Position numbers and translations under genes: made by a program
Source of the DNA: Tricharina praecox
Taxonomy: Eukaryota
DNA length: 64,000 nt
Reading direction: 5' to 3'
NCBI RefSeq assembly: GCF_024521635.1
Contig: NW_026250409.1
Coordinates: 434,001-498,000 of the forward strand
The notes under the pieces: generated by a model
Told to the model about the DNA's origin: nothing
Database searches by the model: none
The model's input: the letters and a program-made list of their open reading frames with translations, nothing else
Part shown: positions 37,668-49,405 of the stretch, one piece after another
Position numbering within the stretch: position 1 is the stretch's first letter
Layout: every line of letters starts with the position of its first letter

Positions 37668-38775
37668 ATGGGTTTCTTCAGCAAGAAAGAAAAGTCCGAA
37701 AAAGCCGACGAAGACAGCCGCTCCGCGCTCTTTGGCAACCGCAAAGCTGGAGAGACAGCTGCTGGCCAAAACCCCTACTCAGCCCCTCCTCCCCCGTACC
37801 AGCCGCAAGCTCCCAATGCAAGCCACGGTGGCCCTCCCGCACCCGTCGACCGCAACCGCGATGCCCTCTTCGGCAACCGACCTCAGCCACAGCACTCGCA
37901 CTCTGCCCCTCCTGTTCAGGGCGGCGCGTATGCCCGTCCCGATGGATATGCACCCAGCTCGGGGGGTTACGGCCAGAGCTCCGGTGGCTACAGCAACAAC
38001 AGCAACGCGGACCGCCAGATGACGGAGGAGGAAGAGGAGGAGGAGGACGTTGAGGCCGTGAAGCAGCAGATCCGCTTCACCAAGCAGGAGTCCGTCGCCT
38101 CGTCTCGCAATGCGTTGCGTGTTGCCGCGCAGGCTGAGGAGACGGGCCGCAACACCCTCGCCCGCCTCGGACAACAGGGAGAGCGGCTGTACAACACGGA
38201 AAAGAATCTCGATGTTGCGGCCTCGCATAACCGTGTTGCCGAGGAAAAGGCGAGAGAGCTCAAGACGCTCAATGGATCCATGTTCGCCATCCACGTCAAG
38301 AATCCGATGAAGAGTAAGTCGCGTGCGCAGGCTGAGGAGAAGAAGATCCTTGACCGCCACGAGACGGAGCGGGAGGAGCGCGAGAGAACCAGGCAGTTCG
38401 GGTATGAGAGTCGGGATCGTGTGGGCAAGGCGTTGAATGGTGGCCCAGGCGGTAGCTATGCAGGAAAGACCCAGATGAGCATGGCCGAGCGCAGCAAGTA
38501 CCAGTTCGAGGCCGATGAGAGTGATGACGAGAAGGAGCGCGAGATCCACAACAACTTGGATCAGCTTTCCGCTATTACCGGAAGGCTGAAGGGGCTTGCG
38601 ATGGCCACTGGCGAAGAAGTCGACAGACAGAACCACCAGATTGATAAGATCATGAAGAAGGTAAACTATCCCCCGCCTGACCACGACAAGAATAGCTGGC
38701 TAACTTCTCTCACAGAGCGACCATGTCGACAACCAGATTGCACTTACGCACAACCGGATCAAGAAGATCCACTAG
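37668..38775 (+). CDS. SEC9: Plasma-membrane t-SNARE Sec9 (SNAP-25-like; 2 exons)
   Basis: Two SNARE motifs (IRFTKQESVASSRNALR..LGQQGERL..ELKTLN.SMFA and EIHNNLDQL..LKGLA..EVDRQN). Intron 38661-38715. Confidence 0.95.
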
Positions 38776-39171
38776 ATCTACCAGATCTACCTGTGCATCT
38801 GCATCTGCATTTTTGGAATTTGGTGTTTTCAATGGAAGCGTGCATGAGCATTTATCTTTCTGTTTCTCTTTCCCGTTCGTTGGAGTAGTTCGAGTAGCAT
38901 AGCATAGCATACTTGCTCATGTGGTTTTGTGTCTTTTTCTTTTCTTTTCGTAGGTCGAGATTTAATAATTTGGTATCGGTGTATTTGGAAGAATGATTGT
39001 GGGCCCATTCTTCCTACCAGCACACCACGTGATGATTTGTGGTTCAGACCTCAATCAGTGATCCGTCCAAACTCTCATGCAAGGGGGACGGGATGCTTGG
39101 ACTTGGCTCCTCCCCTTCCACTAAAAGCAATCTACCCAGGCAGTCAAACGGCTGGCTGATTTTATTGTTTA

Positions 39172-42100
39172 CGGCAAACGTCTATAATGCCATAGTTTTT
39201 GGCACAGTAGTCTAATATGCCATAGTTTTGTTCGACGTTTCAACCACAGCACCACTCCACCCACCACGCAAACCCACTGTCGCGAGCGATGGAAGAGCTG
39301 TCGGCGAGAGGAGAAAGTTAAAAAGGACTCCTGTCGGCCTGGAGTTGGCAAAAAGCCCTTGCGAAACCACCACCACTAAAACACCCGTCTACTTGCCAAT
39401 ATCTCTCCAGACCGGGAAGCGGGTCGACAGAGGGAGAACACACAAGGGGAGAGAGGATATAGATGTTGATCGTCCATTCTGTACACGATGAGATAGGAAG
39501 AAGAAGAAGAAGCAGACGACGGAGAGGGCAGGCGACTTTCTGGCCCCGCCAACGTTTATGCTCACTACCTACCCTTGTAAAAAAAAGGGGTTTTTTTTTA
39601 AATAGTGGAGCGACTGTTGTGCCATTATTTTCAAACCCGTAGGAAAAGTAAATACTACATCGTGATAGTTGAAAATTATACACATGTCAAATTATTGACC
39701 TATAGAAGCCACTCAAAACATTGTACATTTCGTATTGGATTTATAAACATGTTGCAAGTTTTTAACGGACGGAGTGGATATACAGTTCACAGGCTTTTCC
39801 TGTGAAACTTGGAAGCCGTAGTACAAGTGATCCCGATTATAGAGAGTTAAATGGCCGGCAATTAGACATATTTACAGAATTACTTCGAGTTTTTTTTCAA
39901 TATGTTGCAAATCTCTCCTATGTAGTTAAAATAAAGCGTTTAAGTGCATTAAAACGTTGCAGCATCGTTTTCTTGGTATTTTTAACCCATTTTTGAACCA
40001 TTTTTGAACTGTTGAAACTTGGGAGCAGGAGTGCAAAGTGTGAATATCAGAGATGAATCGGGACCCTTAGCCTTGAAACTGGGCTCGGGTTTCCTCGCTT
40101 ATGCAGCATTTTTCACATTGGTCTTGAAGCACTAAGCACATATGGATTTATATTCTACTCTATAGTATATAGTACTACCTACGGGGCCAACAGGCAGTAT
40201 CCAGAGCGGGCCAGCAGGCTGGCACATACTGCTGCTAGCCCTGCTGCAACTGACCCTCGACTTGCTAGATGCATTGTGATAGAGAGATAGAGGAGCTTTC
40301 GGCGGGAGGAATGGTTGCACCGAGAAGAAGGTTGCACCGAGAGGAGGGGTTGTGCCGAGAGGAGGGTTGCGGCGAGGATACAGTTGCGGCCAGAAAAGCT
40401 ATAAGAGAGAGAAGCTATTAGCGAGAGTAGGAGCTGCGGCGGGAGGAGGGGTGGCGCCGAGAGGAAGGTTGCGCCGAGAGGAAAGTTGCGCCGAGAGGAG
40501 GGGCTGTGCCGAGATGATGTATTGCGCCGAGGGGAATGGAGAATAGAGTTGCTGCTAGAAAAGCTGTTTGAGCAAGAAGCTATCAGCGAGGATAGAGTTG
40601 CGGCAAGAAGTTGCGGCAAGAATAGAGTTGCGCGGAGAGTACATAGCAGTTGCGGCGAGGGTGGAGATGCAGCAAAGCTAGCTATAAAAGAGAGAAACTA
40701 TCAGCGGGAGTAGTAGTTGCAGCAGGAGTAGAATGGCAGCGGGAGAAGTAGTTATATGAGTAAGGAGATATCAGCGGGCGTAGCAGTAGCAGTAAGGTGG
40801 AGGGTGGGGGGGGGGGGGGAGGGTAATCACAGAGGGGCCAGCAGGGCGAGCAGCAGTAGGAAGGAGACGGTATCTGCAGTGGTCTGGCAGAACTAGAAGC
40901 ACGGTAGTTAGTAGGGTAAGGAGCAGTAGGGAGGGGGGGTATACACAGCGCAGTCGGTGCTGTATCCATGTTAGCAAGAGGGGATTTCTTAGGCGTATAC
41001 AGTAATATATCAGCGGCGAGTCCAGCAGGGTGAGTAATAGTAGCAGTAGGGGGCGGGGGGCGATCACTATGTGTTGCGCCGAGAGTAGAATTGCAGCGTG
41101 AGAAGCAATGAGAGAGAAGCTATCAGCGAGAGTAGCGTTAGCGGCGGGAGTATATAGCAGTTGCAGCGGGAGTATGAGCTGGAGCCCTATGAGAGTAGCT
41201 ATCAGCGGGAGTAGTAGTAGGAGCTTTGTGATGGGAGTAGGAGCTATGTCAGAGAAGCATCAGAGAGAGTAGTAGTTGCGGCGGGAGGGGGAATAGCAAT
41301 TGCGGCGGGAGGAGGAGCTATGCTGAGATATGAGCTATCAGCGGGAATAGCAGTTGCAGTTGTAACTGGAGTAGTAGTAGTAGCAGTGGCAGGGGGAGTA
41401 GAATTGCGGCGGGGGAGGAGTTGCGGCGGGGGAGGAGTTGCGGCGGGTGTAGAAGCTATATGAGAGTGGAAATATCAGCGGCAGTAGTAATTGCGGCGGG
41501 AGGGGGAATAGCAGTTGCGGCGAGGGGGGTGATAGCAGTTGCGGTGGGAGTGGGAATAGCAGTTGCGGGGGGAGGAGGAGATGTAGGGGGGGGAGTTATG
41601 GGGGGACGAGGAGTTGTGGGAGAAGAAGAAGAAGAAAAAGAAGAAGAGGCAGATGGCTAAGAGAGCATACGACCCCGCCATGCCGACCATGCCCGCCAAC
41701 GTTGGTACCCTCTACTAACCACATTCGTCTTCTCCCACCGACAGGAGTCCTCCTTCACTTCCTCCTCTTGTCGACATCTCATCCCACAGCTCCTGAGTCA
41801 TTTCACCAATTGACTGACTCATTCCTGGAGTCATTTCACGGATTGGCTCAGTCATTCCTGTTCGATGACTAGTGTCATTTCACGAACTGACTAAGTCATT
41901 CCTAGAGTCATTTACCGGACTGACTAAGTCACTCCTAGAGTCATCTCGGGGATTGACTCAGTCATTCTTACTCCCTCCCGTGGCAGCTCGCTCATCGCTC
42001 CCCACACCGGAAAACAGTGGAAAAATGCCAAGACAACGTTTAAATTGTCGAAACGTGACGACAACGGTAGAAAAATGCCAAGAAAACGCTGAAGTGAGCA

Positions 42101-42640
42101 CCAACGATATATCTCGAACTTGTGTTTTTATATTTCCACCAGTTCCTGTTTACTTAAGCGTTAGATCAACGTATGACAAATTCACACATTGTCTGGCTTT
42201 TTGCCGAGTTTACAATTTAAAATGGGTGTACTGTCTATCATCATATTATTTCCGCATCGTTTTACGTGGCTCACGTGATTCTAGATGCAATAGTTGCGGA
42301 ATAGTTGCGCAATACCGCGGGGCCGCTTGTGAAATCTAATGATCGCGCGACCATTTCCCAACCCACCGCTCACGTTTATAAAACCCCCCTTTTTTACAAG
42401 GGTAGGTAAGTACTAACCACATCCGCTTCCTCCCACCGACAAGTCCTTTCGCTTCCTCCTCTCGCTCCCTCCTCTCACCGACAGCTCTTCCATCGCTCGC
42501 CACAGTGGGTTTGCGTAGTGGATTGTGGTGGTGGTTTTAAGCGGTGGTTGGTTTAATTGGTGGTGGGGTTGAAACGTCGAACAAAACTATGGCATTATAG
42601 ACTACTGTGCCAAAAACTATGGCATTATAGACGTTTGCCG
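39172..42640. mobile_element. Non-autonomous DNA transposon with long inverted ends (MULE/foldback-like)
   Basis: 74-bp terminal inverted repeats with 2 mismatches, further inverted blocks inside, and a candidate 9-bp target-site duplication TATTGTTTA / TTCTGTTTA (7 of 9 match). No transposase ORF recognised. Confidence 0.85.
41791..41965. repeat. Five ~33-bp tandem units inside the element
   Basis: Approximate consensus TCCTAGAGTCATTTCACGGA(T/C)TGACT(A/C)AGTCAT, units starting at 41791, 41823, 41856, 41900 and 41933. Confidence 0.85.
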
Positions 42641-44055
42641 TTCTGTTTAACCCCCCTCCCGAGCACAAACTCGGCATCTCTACGGGGGGGAAACGTATTC
42701 ATAGAAATCCCCCCAAAAAGCCCTCCACCCGTGGGGATTCGGGAATAGAGAACTTCGAGATTCTCTCGATGTAGAGTACCTGCCAGATGACAAATAAAAG
42801 TTCCCACGTCAACACAATCCCACACTCCGAGAATCCACGTTTCTCGTGGCGGATAGGTAAGTAAGTAAGTAGGTTGCCCGAGCTCACCAACATCGCTCGG
42901 GTGAGAGCTCAGAGCTCAGAGCGACGTTGACTCTTGAGTAATCACGGGCATTTTCCGCATCTACATACTTACACATCGGACTGCAAGATGCTGACAAGAC
43001 CGCAAATCTGCGATTACGTACGAGTTGGAGATTCGTAACGTAACGCACGGGGGAGCTGAGAGCCCGTGCTACCATAAGTTACTCAAGTGGCGAGCGCTCA
43101 CGCTCTAGCACTCGCACCCACAGCCGCTCACTCGCAGTGATCTGTGGTCGGGTGTAAGGTTCTCACTGGATAAAAGTCCTGTAGGGAAGGGGAGGGAAAG
43201 GTTTCTATGGTGTAATCACCACAACCTACTACTGCATGCGAAATAGATTGGTGCTCTCTCTCTGGGATAGAAAACTCAATCCTGTCACTTCGCTGCCCAT
43301 CCTACCGGTACCCGGCAGGACTCTCTCCCGTAGAGAATCGGCTGGATAGGTACATAGGGAGGATATAGTAGGTATCTCGCTTGGTTACTGTCAGTTAGTC
43401 CTGTGCACAAACACGCGGGTGGGTAAATTCCAAATGTGGAGTTTTGGCAGAGTTTGGCAAGTGATAAGCCCGTATAAGCCCGTCTTGTATGATGTCGATC
43501 TGTCAGCACCAACCACCAGAAGCACTTAGATATATAGTATCTACTTCTTCTCCTGTCAATGGAATTGCGAAGAAGGCGAAGGCGAAGGCGGGAGGGACCG
43601 AAATAGCTATGTGATGGACGGGCGGATGGATAGATGGGCCGATGAGATGTCTGTTTTCGTGTTTGTATGTGTGATATGTGCTACTACTATGTGCTAAGAA
43701 GGATGATCATATACCTATACGAAGCGGTGGTTGGTTTAGCTCAGCCTTACAACTGCCCTGGCCCTGACGGCACGGCCGCACGGCCGCACGTTAGCACTCA
43801 CTCACTCGGCTGTGCCCTGGACTCAACTTCCAAGAGCTGAGCGTACCGTACCGGTATACACCGAAATATTTAGGCAGCGTGATGCTCTGCTCACCGGACG
43901 CTGGATGTTCTGTTCTGTACTGCGAGTATTTAACGTCTTGGGTGCCGTCCAGCAGGTATCAGTATCAGTATCAGTATCATTGCATCCACCGCATCTCCCT
44001 CCACCTCACACAACTAGCCCTTCCACACACCCCCACAAGCCCACGAGCAAGCAGG

Positions 44056-44640
44056 ATGCACTTCATCGTCCCTCTCCCGCTCCTCCTTTCGTTCATCACA
44101 CTAGCCGTTTCCCTAGTCCTCCCACGGACCACCACCTCCTCCACCTCCACCCTCGAGGCGACCACCGACCGTCTAATCTTCTCGACCCCCCTCGCCACCT
44201 TCCTCACCTCCAAAACCACTCTCTCCACCACCACCACCACCCCCTCCGAAACCTTCGACTGGAGTACCGACGGCTGTTCCAGCCCCCTAAAATCCAACGG
44301 GGGTTTCAACTTCGTTGACTCTTGCACGCGGCACGACTTTGGCTACCGCAACTACAAACTGCAGGGACGTTTTTCCGAAGCGGCCCGCAAAAGGATTGAT
44401 GGCGTGTTCCGGCAGGACCTGGAGGACGAGTGCAGAAAGCTCGGGTTCATGAGGTTTCTGAGGTGTCAGAGACTTGCTGAGGTGTATTATACTAGTGTGA
44501 GGAGGTTTGGAGATGTGGAGACGGAGGGGGTGCAGGGTCTGGAGGATGTGGTCGGGTTGGTGGGGGATGTGTTGGATAGAAGGGCGGTGGAGGTGGAGGG
44601 GGAGAAGGGGGAGATTGCGGTCGAGAAGTCGGTGGTTTGA
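44056..44640 (+). CDS. Secreted fungal/actinobacterial-type (group XIV) phospholipase A2
   Basis: Signal peptide MHFIVPLPLLLSFITLAVS; motifs FDWSTDGCS, FNF..SC.RHDFGYRNYK.Q.RF, RID..F..DL...C and A.VYY..VR.FG. No intron. Confidence 0.9.
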   Translation: MHFIVPLPLLLSFITLAVSLVLPRTTTSSTSTLEATTDRLIFSTPLATFLTSKTTLSTTTTTPSETFDWSTDGCSSPLKSNGGFNFVDSCTRHDFGYRNYKLQGRFSEAARKRIDGVFRQDLEDECRKLGFMRFLRCQRLAEVYYTSVRRFGDVETEGVQGLEDVVGLVGDVLDRRAVEVEGEKGEIAVEKSVV

Positions 44641-45210
44641 ACGGTGCTCTCTGTTTGTGTATGAAGCATTTGGAAAGGTGTTTTAGTTTCTGGGTAGAAC
44701 AGATTTCACGATTATATGTATCAAGTAATGTCACGAATTATACGAAAATGGCTATAGACCCGTCAAAGTGCTACTCATCCATAGTGTGGCTCACAAAATT
44801 CCAAGATTCGAAGACCCCAAGACACCGGTACCTTCATACAAGGGGTCATTCCCGGCGAGGAAGGTCTTAGGTCGCCCGGTGACGTGACGTCGAGTCGTGA
44901 TGCTTGCTTGCATGCTCGGTGAGCTCTACCGTACTCTAGTCTCTCGGCAGCACGCAAAATGTATGTCAATACGGTACTCAACACAACACAACACCTGTTA
45001 TGCAGTAAGGAACGGGGGGTGTTGCGCACACCCTGCTTAGCCGCTGACATGTTTGTAGTTTGGTCCACCAGCCTGGATTGTGCACGTGAATTTTAAGACG
45101 AGTCATGTTCTGTGCTTATTCCCGGTTTGAGCAAGAACGACAGCCTATCCCCTGGATCGTAGAAATCCGAGATCTTGATACGATTGAACCTTTCAACATG
45201 TTGAGGCTCT

Positions 45211-45807
45211 GGGATTACCGGTGACAATAAACGACCAGTGAAGAAGAGTAAAACTGTCAGGAAGGCTAGAGAGGCATTTGAGGATGTTCTTGAGATGGAA
45301 CTGGCAGTCTCTGCCTGTTTTGATGACTACAACCACCATATGGGTGGGATTGATATTGCCGACCAGATACGGAATTACCACGATACGCAACTTACTTCCT
45401 GACGAACATCGTGGCCTGTGCGGTTTTGAGCAATTGACACAATGATCACCAACGCGTATGTTATCTTCCCTGCTGTCGAGGAGACCCCAACGCTCTCCCA
45501 CAAAGAGTTTCGGCTTCAGTAATTCTTATGACACCTGACCGAAGCACTGCTTCAAAACCACAACTATCAACCACCGGATCGAAGCGACAGATCGACACAG
45601 CGTTGACTACCCTATCGGCTGGCCGTAGCCATGATCTTGGAAATATTCCTAAGCATTTTCTTGAGTGAGTAGGATACTGGTGTTGCCGTTGGGTTAATCG
45701 CGGAGAAGGTGCAACCAAGAATTTACCGAAAATTGTTGGGCCTAGAGTCAGTGTGATCTACCGATTTGTATGAAGGAAGAGCGCAACTGCTTTAAAGTAT
45801 TTTATGA
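45211..45807 (+). pseudogene. piggyBac transposase fossil (C-terminal part)
   Basis: The frame from 45241 reads ..FDDYNHHMGGIDIADQIRNYHDTQLTS*RTSWPVRF*AIDTMITNAYVI..SHKEFRLQ*. A frameshifted Cys-rich tail follows (WCCRW..QCDLPICMKEERNCFKVFY). Confidence 0.85.
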
Positions 45808-46393
45808 GTCTTGGAGTGTTCGGATGGCTGATGTTGGTCTTTGTCGAGGACTTGGTGGATGGGAGCAGATTATTTCGGTCATGAGAGCGGGAACTGCTGG
45901 AATAAGTTGCCCCACCACAAAGTTGTAACAAAATAGAAATGTTTATTTGCATCTTCTCTAAATTACTATCTAAGAATATTATGGGGTTTCAATCTCTGTA
46001 TTGTGGGGGTGTGCTAGAAAGTGGTACGGATTTTGCGGTCGATTGCAACCGCAAACGAGCTACGGTCCAGGGGATAGGTTGAAGTGCACAGGAACCAGAG
46101 TCATCTTGCACGTAACAAGCATGTAGCGGAGACGATAGCATACCATAGCCTCTAGCCTCTAGAAAAACAGCTACCAGTCCAGTATCAACACTGAAGTTTT
46201 CGCCGTAACAAAAAATACGAAACTCATCCAGTTCCAACTAGCAACTACCAACTCCGTCCCCAACCAACCAACCAACAAACAAACCGCCCGCTTTACCCAA
46301 AAACAAAACAAAAACAAAACAAAAAACACAAACTCCGTAAAGAAAAGAAAAGAAAGAAAAGAAAACCCCGCGTCGTGTCGATACATAAGCCGC

Positions 46394-46404
46394 GCTCCTG
46401 CTCT

Positions 46405-46440
<36 letters not shown>
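46394..46440. repeat. (CTCCTG)n hexanucleotide repeat
   Basis: Read directly. Confidence 0.9.
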
Positions 46441-46474
46441 CGGTATACCGTACTCTACTCTACTCTACTCCACT

Positions 46475-49405
46475 CTACATCTCTATGAACCTCCTTACCC
46501 ACGCCCTGCTCGCGGTTTCCTCCTTGTACGAAATCTTCGTGGCGATACTCTCTGGCCGCTTGACGAGCACTGCCGTCAGGGGCTCCAGGATCCGCTCCAG
46601 GATTGCGGCCATCTGCTTCTTCTTGTCGCCTTCCTGCTTGTTCACTAGGATCTCGAGCAGCTCTTGGATGAACCCCATCAGGTTCACGAAGACGATGGCG
46701 TGCGTTTGCCCGCCCTGTTCGGGGAGGCGGTCGAGGACCTGTAGTGGAGTGGTCATTAGCTGTGTGTAACTAGTAGTGGGAGGGTTTGAGAGCTCGCACC
46801 TCTTCAGCGGCTTTACTGTCCCCGCCAGCGGCGACAACCTCCGTCCAAAACGTAGCGGGGATAACACCGTCCCTGAGGCCGGCCAACCAGCGCAAAAACA
46901 CCGCCACGACGGCCTCAACCTGTTCCTCCATGGTAACGTCTTCATCATCAGGGCGCAGAGCGACTCTCACACAGTTCTCATCATCAAACTCGCGGTCCGT
47001 ATCGAGCGCCTCCCAGACGCCGACCTCGACCGCGCGCCTCCTGTCGGCATCCTTCGCGTGCCCCCACGTATCGGCGCGCACCGGCCACCCGGGGTGCGCA
47101 AACCAGCGCTTTTCCTCGATCCTTTCATCAGGGCCTAGGGTACTGACTACGTCGGCGACGCAGTCGCAGATGAACTGCGTGATGCGGTAGATCTCGCGCG
47201 GCGCGGAGTATAGCGGGCCTTCCTTCAGCTCCTCCTTGCGTTTTCTGTACCCTCGGTACCCGCCGGCGCCCTCCGGGATCCGCACAAGCTCTTTGAGCGT
47301 CGTCCCGTACGAAGAGTATAGCCACGTTGCCGAGATCGGGAGGAAAACGTCTCTACCGCCGTCGACCCGGAGGACCAGCACGTCGTCTAGGATTTCCGAG
47401 CCATCGTTTAGGTCCAGCACCTGCTGCGCCGTGTCGATGAGGAGGGTGAGGGAGATGTTGACGACGTCGCCCGGCTCGAGTTCGGCGGTTTGCTTGGTGT
47501 CTTTGGCAGCAGCATTGCGGTCCGAGAATTCCACGTTGATCCACGGCTTGCAGATGGCTTCTTTCGCGCTGCCGTCAGGCGCGGGCCTACCAACGAAGTG
47601 GATCTTCGCTTTCGAGGTCCCCGTGTTTGCCACCGTAACCGTCCGCTGTTTACGCTCCCAAAACCTGACCTCGCCGAGATCGACCACGTCTCCGGCACCG
47701 TTGGATGTTCCGGTTCCATCCGGCTGCTCGATGATGATAGTGATGACCGGCTTCCGCTCGTTCTCGAGCTTATCGACCTCTTTCGCCACCTCAGCATGGA
47801 CCTTCGCGCGCTGCTCCGGATCCACCGCCGGAAACGTGAGCATAAACGTTGCAGAAACCGGCTTGTGATCGGACGAAGAAACGTTCTGATGGGCAGTATA
47901 CAATTTTTGCTCGAGTTTGATCTCCCCGAACGGCGTTTGCACGGATGACGTGGGCTCGTCAAAGATGGGCGGCACTTCTTTCCGGCGCTCCTGGCGAATA
48001 ATCGGAGACTCCGCTCTGGAAACTACCAAGTCCTCCTCGTCCGAATCATCATCGTAGACAGTCTCGAACAAGAGCTCCTCCTTGATAACGTCCGAGATGG
48101 CGGCGCCTTCGGAAACGCTGTAGGCTCGATCCCGCTTCTCCTCCGGCTCCTTCGTCTTCTCTCGGGGCGGCTCCTTGACCCTCCACAGAATCCTATCACA
48201 CCAGCTGGGTGTCCGCGCCTTCTCACTGCTATCCCACACCCCAACCGTTCCCACATCGTATTTATACGTTGGAAGAAACGTCACGCCACCTTCCTTATAG
48301 TCGGCGAACGCCTTCCCCTCCCGCCGCTGCTTCAGCAGCTGATCATGCTTCAACAAGCTATTCAGCGTTCCCTGGAGCGTTGGGTTATCATTATTCAGCG
48401 CGGTCGGTTTCCTCGCCAACTTCTGCGGGGCCGGCCATTTCTCTCCCTGGCCCAGCACGGGCGACGGGGCCGGCGACATATCCGCATGGGTCGGGGGCAG
48501 ATCCTTCGGCATATGCGGTTCGAGCAGAGCTCTAACATCGGCATTATCCAGATCGATCCTATAGTTGAGATCGCCACACCACAGGACGACATCCGCCACA
48601 TCCAGGCCCTCCGGCACAGGCGCTTTAACCTCGTTCGCCCCCGCCAGCCCAACCACCTCCTTCCCAGGCGCCTCAAACACCATCCGGCTCGAGATCTGCG
48701 CCGCGTCCCAGTTCCGGCGGTCGACGGCGTTGGCGAACGCCGCAAGGTGGCAGTTCACTATCGATAGTCGCAGCGCGTCGCCGAGCACGAGCCGCACGCC
48801 GCATGCCCCCTTGTTGCCAGCGTACCCCATCAACCCGGTACCGACGGTAGTCGTCGACACGCTGCTGATCACCGGCAGGACCGTGGGCGAGACGTATACC
48901 AGCAGCAGCATCCCGATCAGCTGCGTTGAGGCGACACATTCGTAGCCGGGCGGGAGCGCGGCCTTTCACTTTATCAGCCACCACCCCACCACCCCACCAC
49001 CCAAAACACCCAGCGGGAGGAAGTTACCTGCACATGCGCCTTCCACGTAAGCGCCGTTTTCGGATCCGTGTATCTCAAGAAGCTACTAGTCTGCGCAAGA
49101 TCAACGACCTCCTGCAGAGCAAGTACATATATATCCGTAGCCGTGTTCTCCTCCGCTCCGCCGAGCTCCGGCAGCCACTCGCGCACGTCCCCCCAGCACT
49201 GGAAGTTGCCTATATTCCAGGAGCCGACTTTGACGGCGATGCGGCGCGGCGAGAGGTACTCGGGCCGGCGCGAGAGCATGCGGCGCGCTGCGTACGTCGG
49301 TGCGTCTTGGTTCTGCAGCGGGTGTGGTGGCCCGGAGCTGGATGCTGGGTGCTGCTCCTCGGAGTCGGAGTCGCTGGCGCCCCAGGAGCCGGGCATCGTC
49401 GCCAT
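46475..49405 (-). CDS. OCRL/INPP5B-like inositol polyphosphate 5-phosphatase (3 exons)
   Basis: GSWNI, LALQEVV, GNKGAC, NCHLAA, WCGDLNYRI, PTYKYD, PSWCDRILW, SSDHKPV, followed by ASH-like and degenerate RhoGAP-like regions. Introns 49027-48963 (AAG acceptor) and 46799-46739. Confidence 0.92.

Noticed and set aside
41791..41965. CRISPR-like reading of the 33-bp array
   Set aside because: Eukaryotic context, contiguous units without unique spacers, and no cas genes.
41872..42339. 155-aa ORF with an 11-aa repeat inside the element
   Set aside because: Starts at GTG, the repeat simply mirrors the 33-bp DNA array, and there are no transposase motifs.
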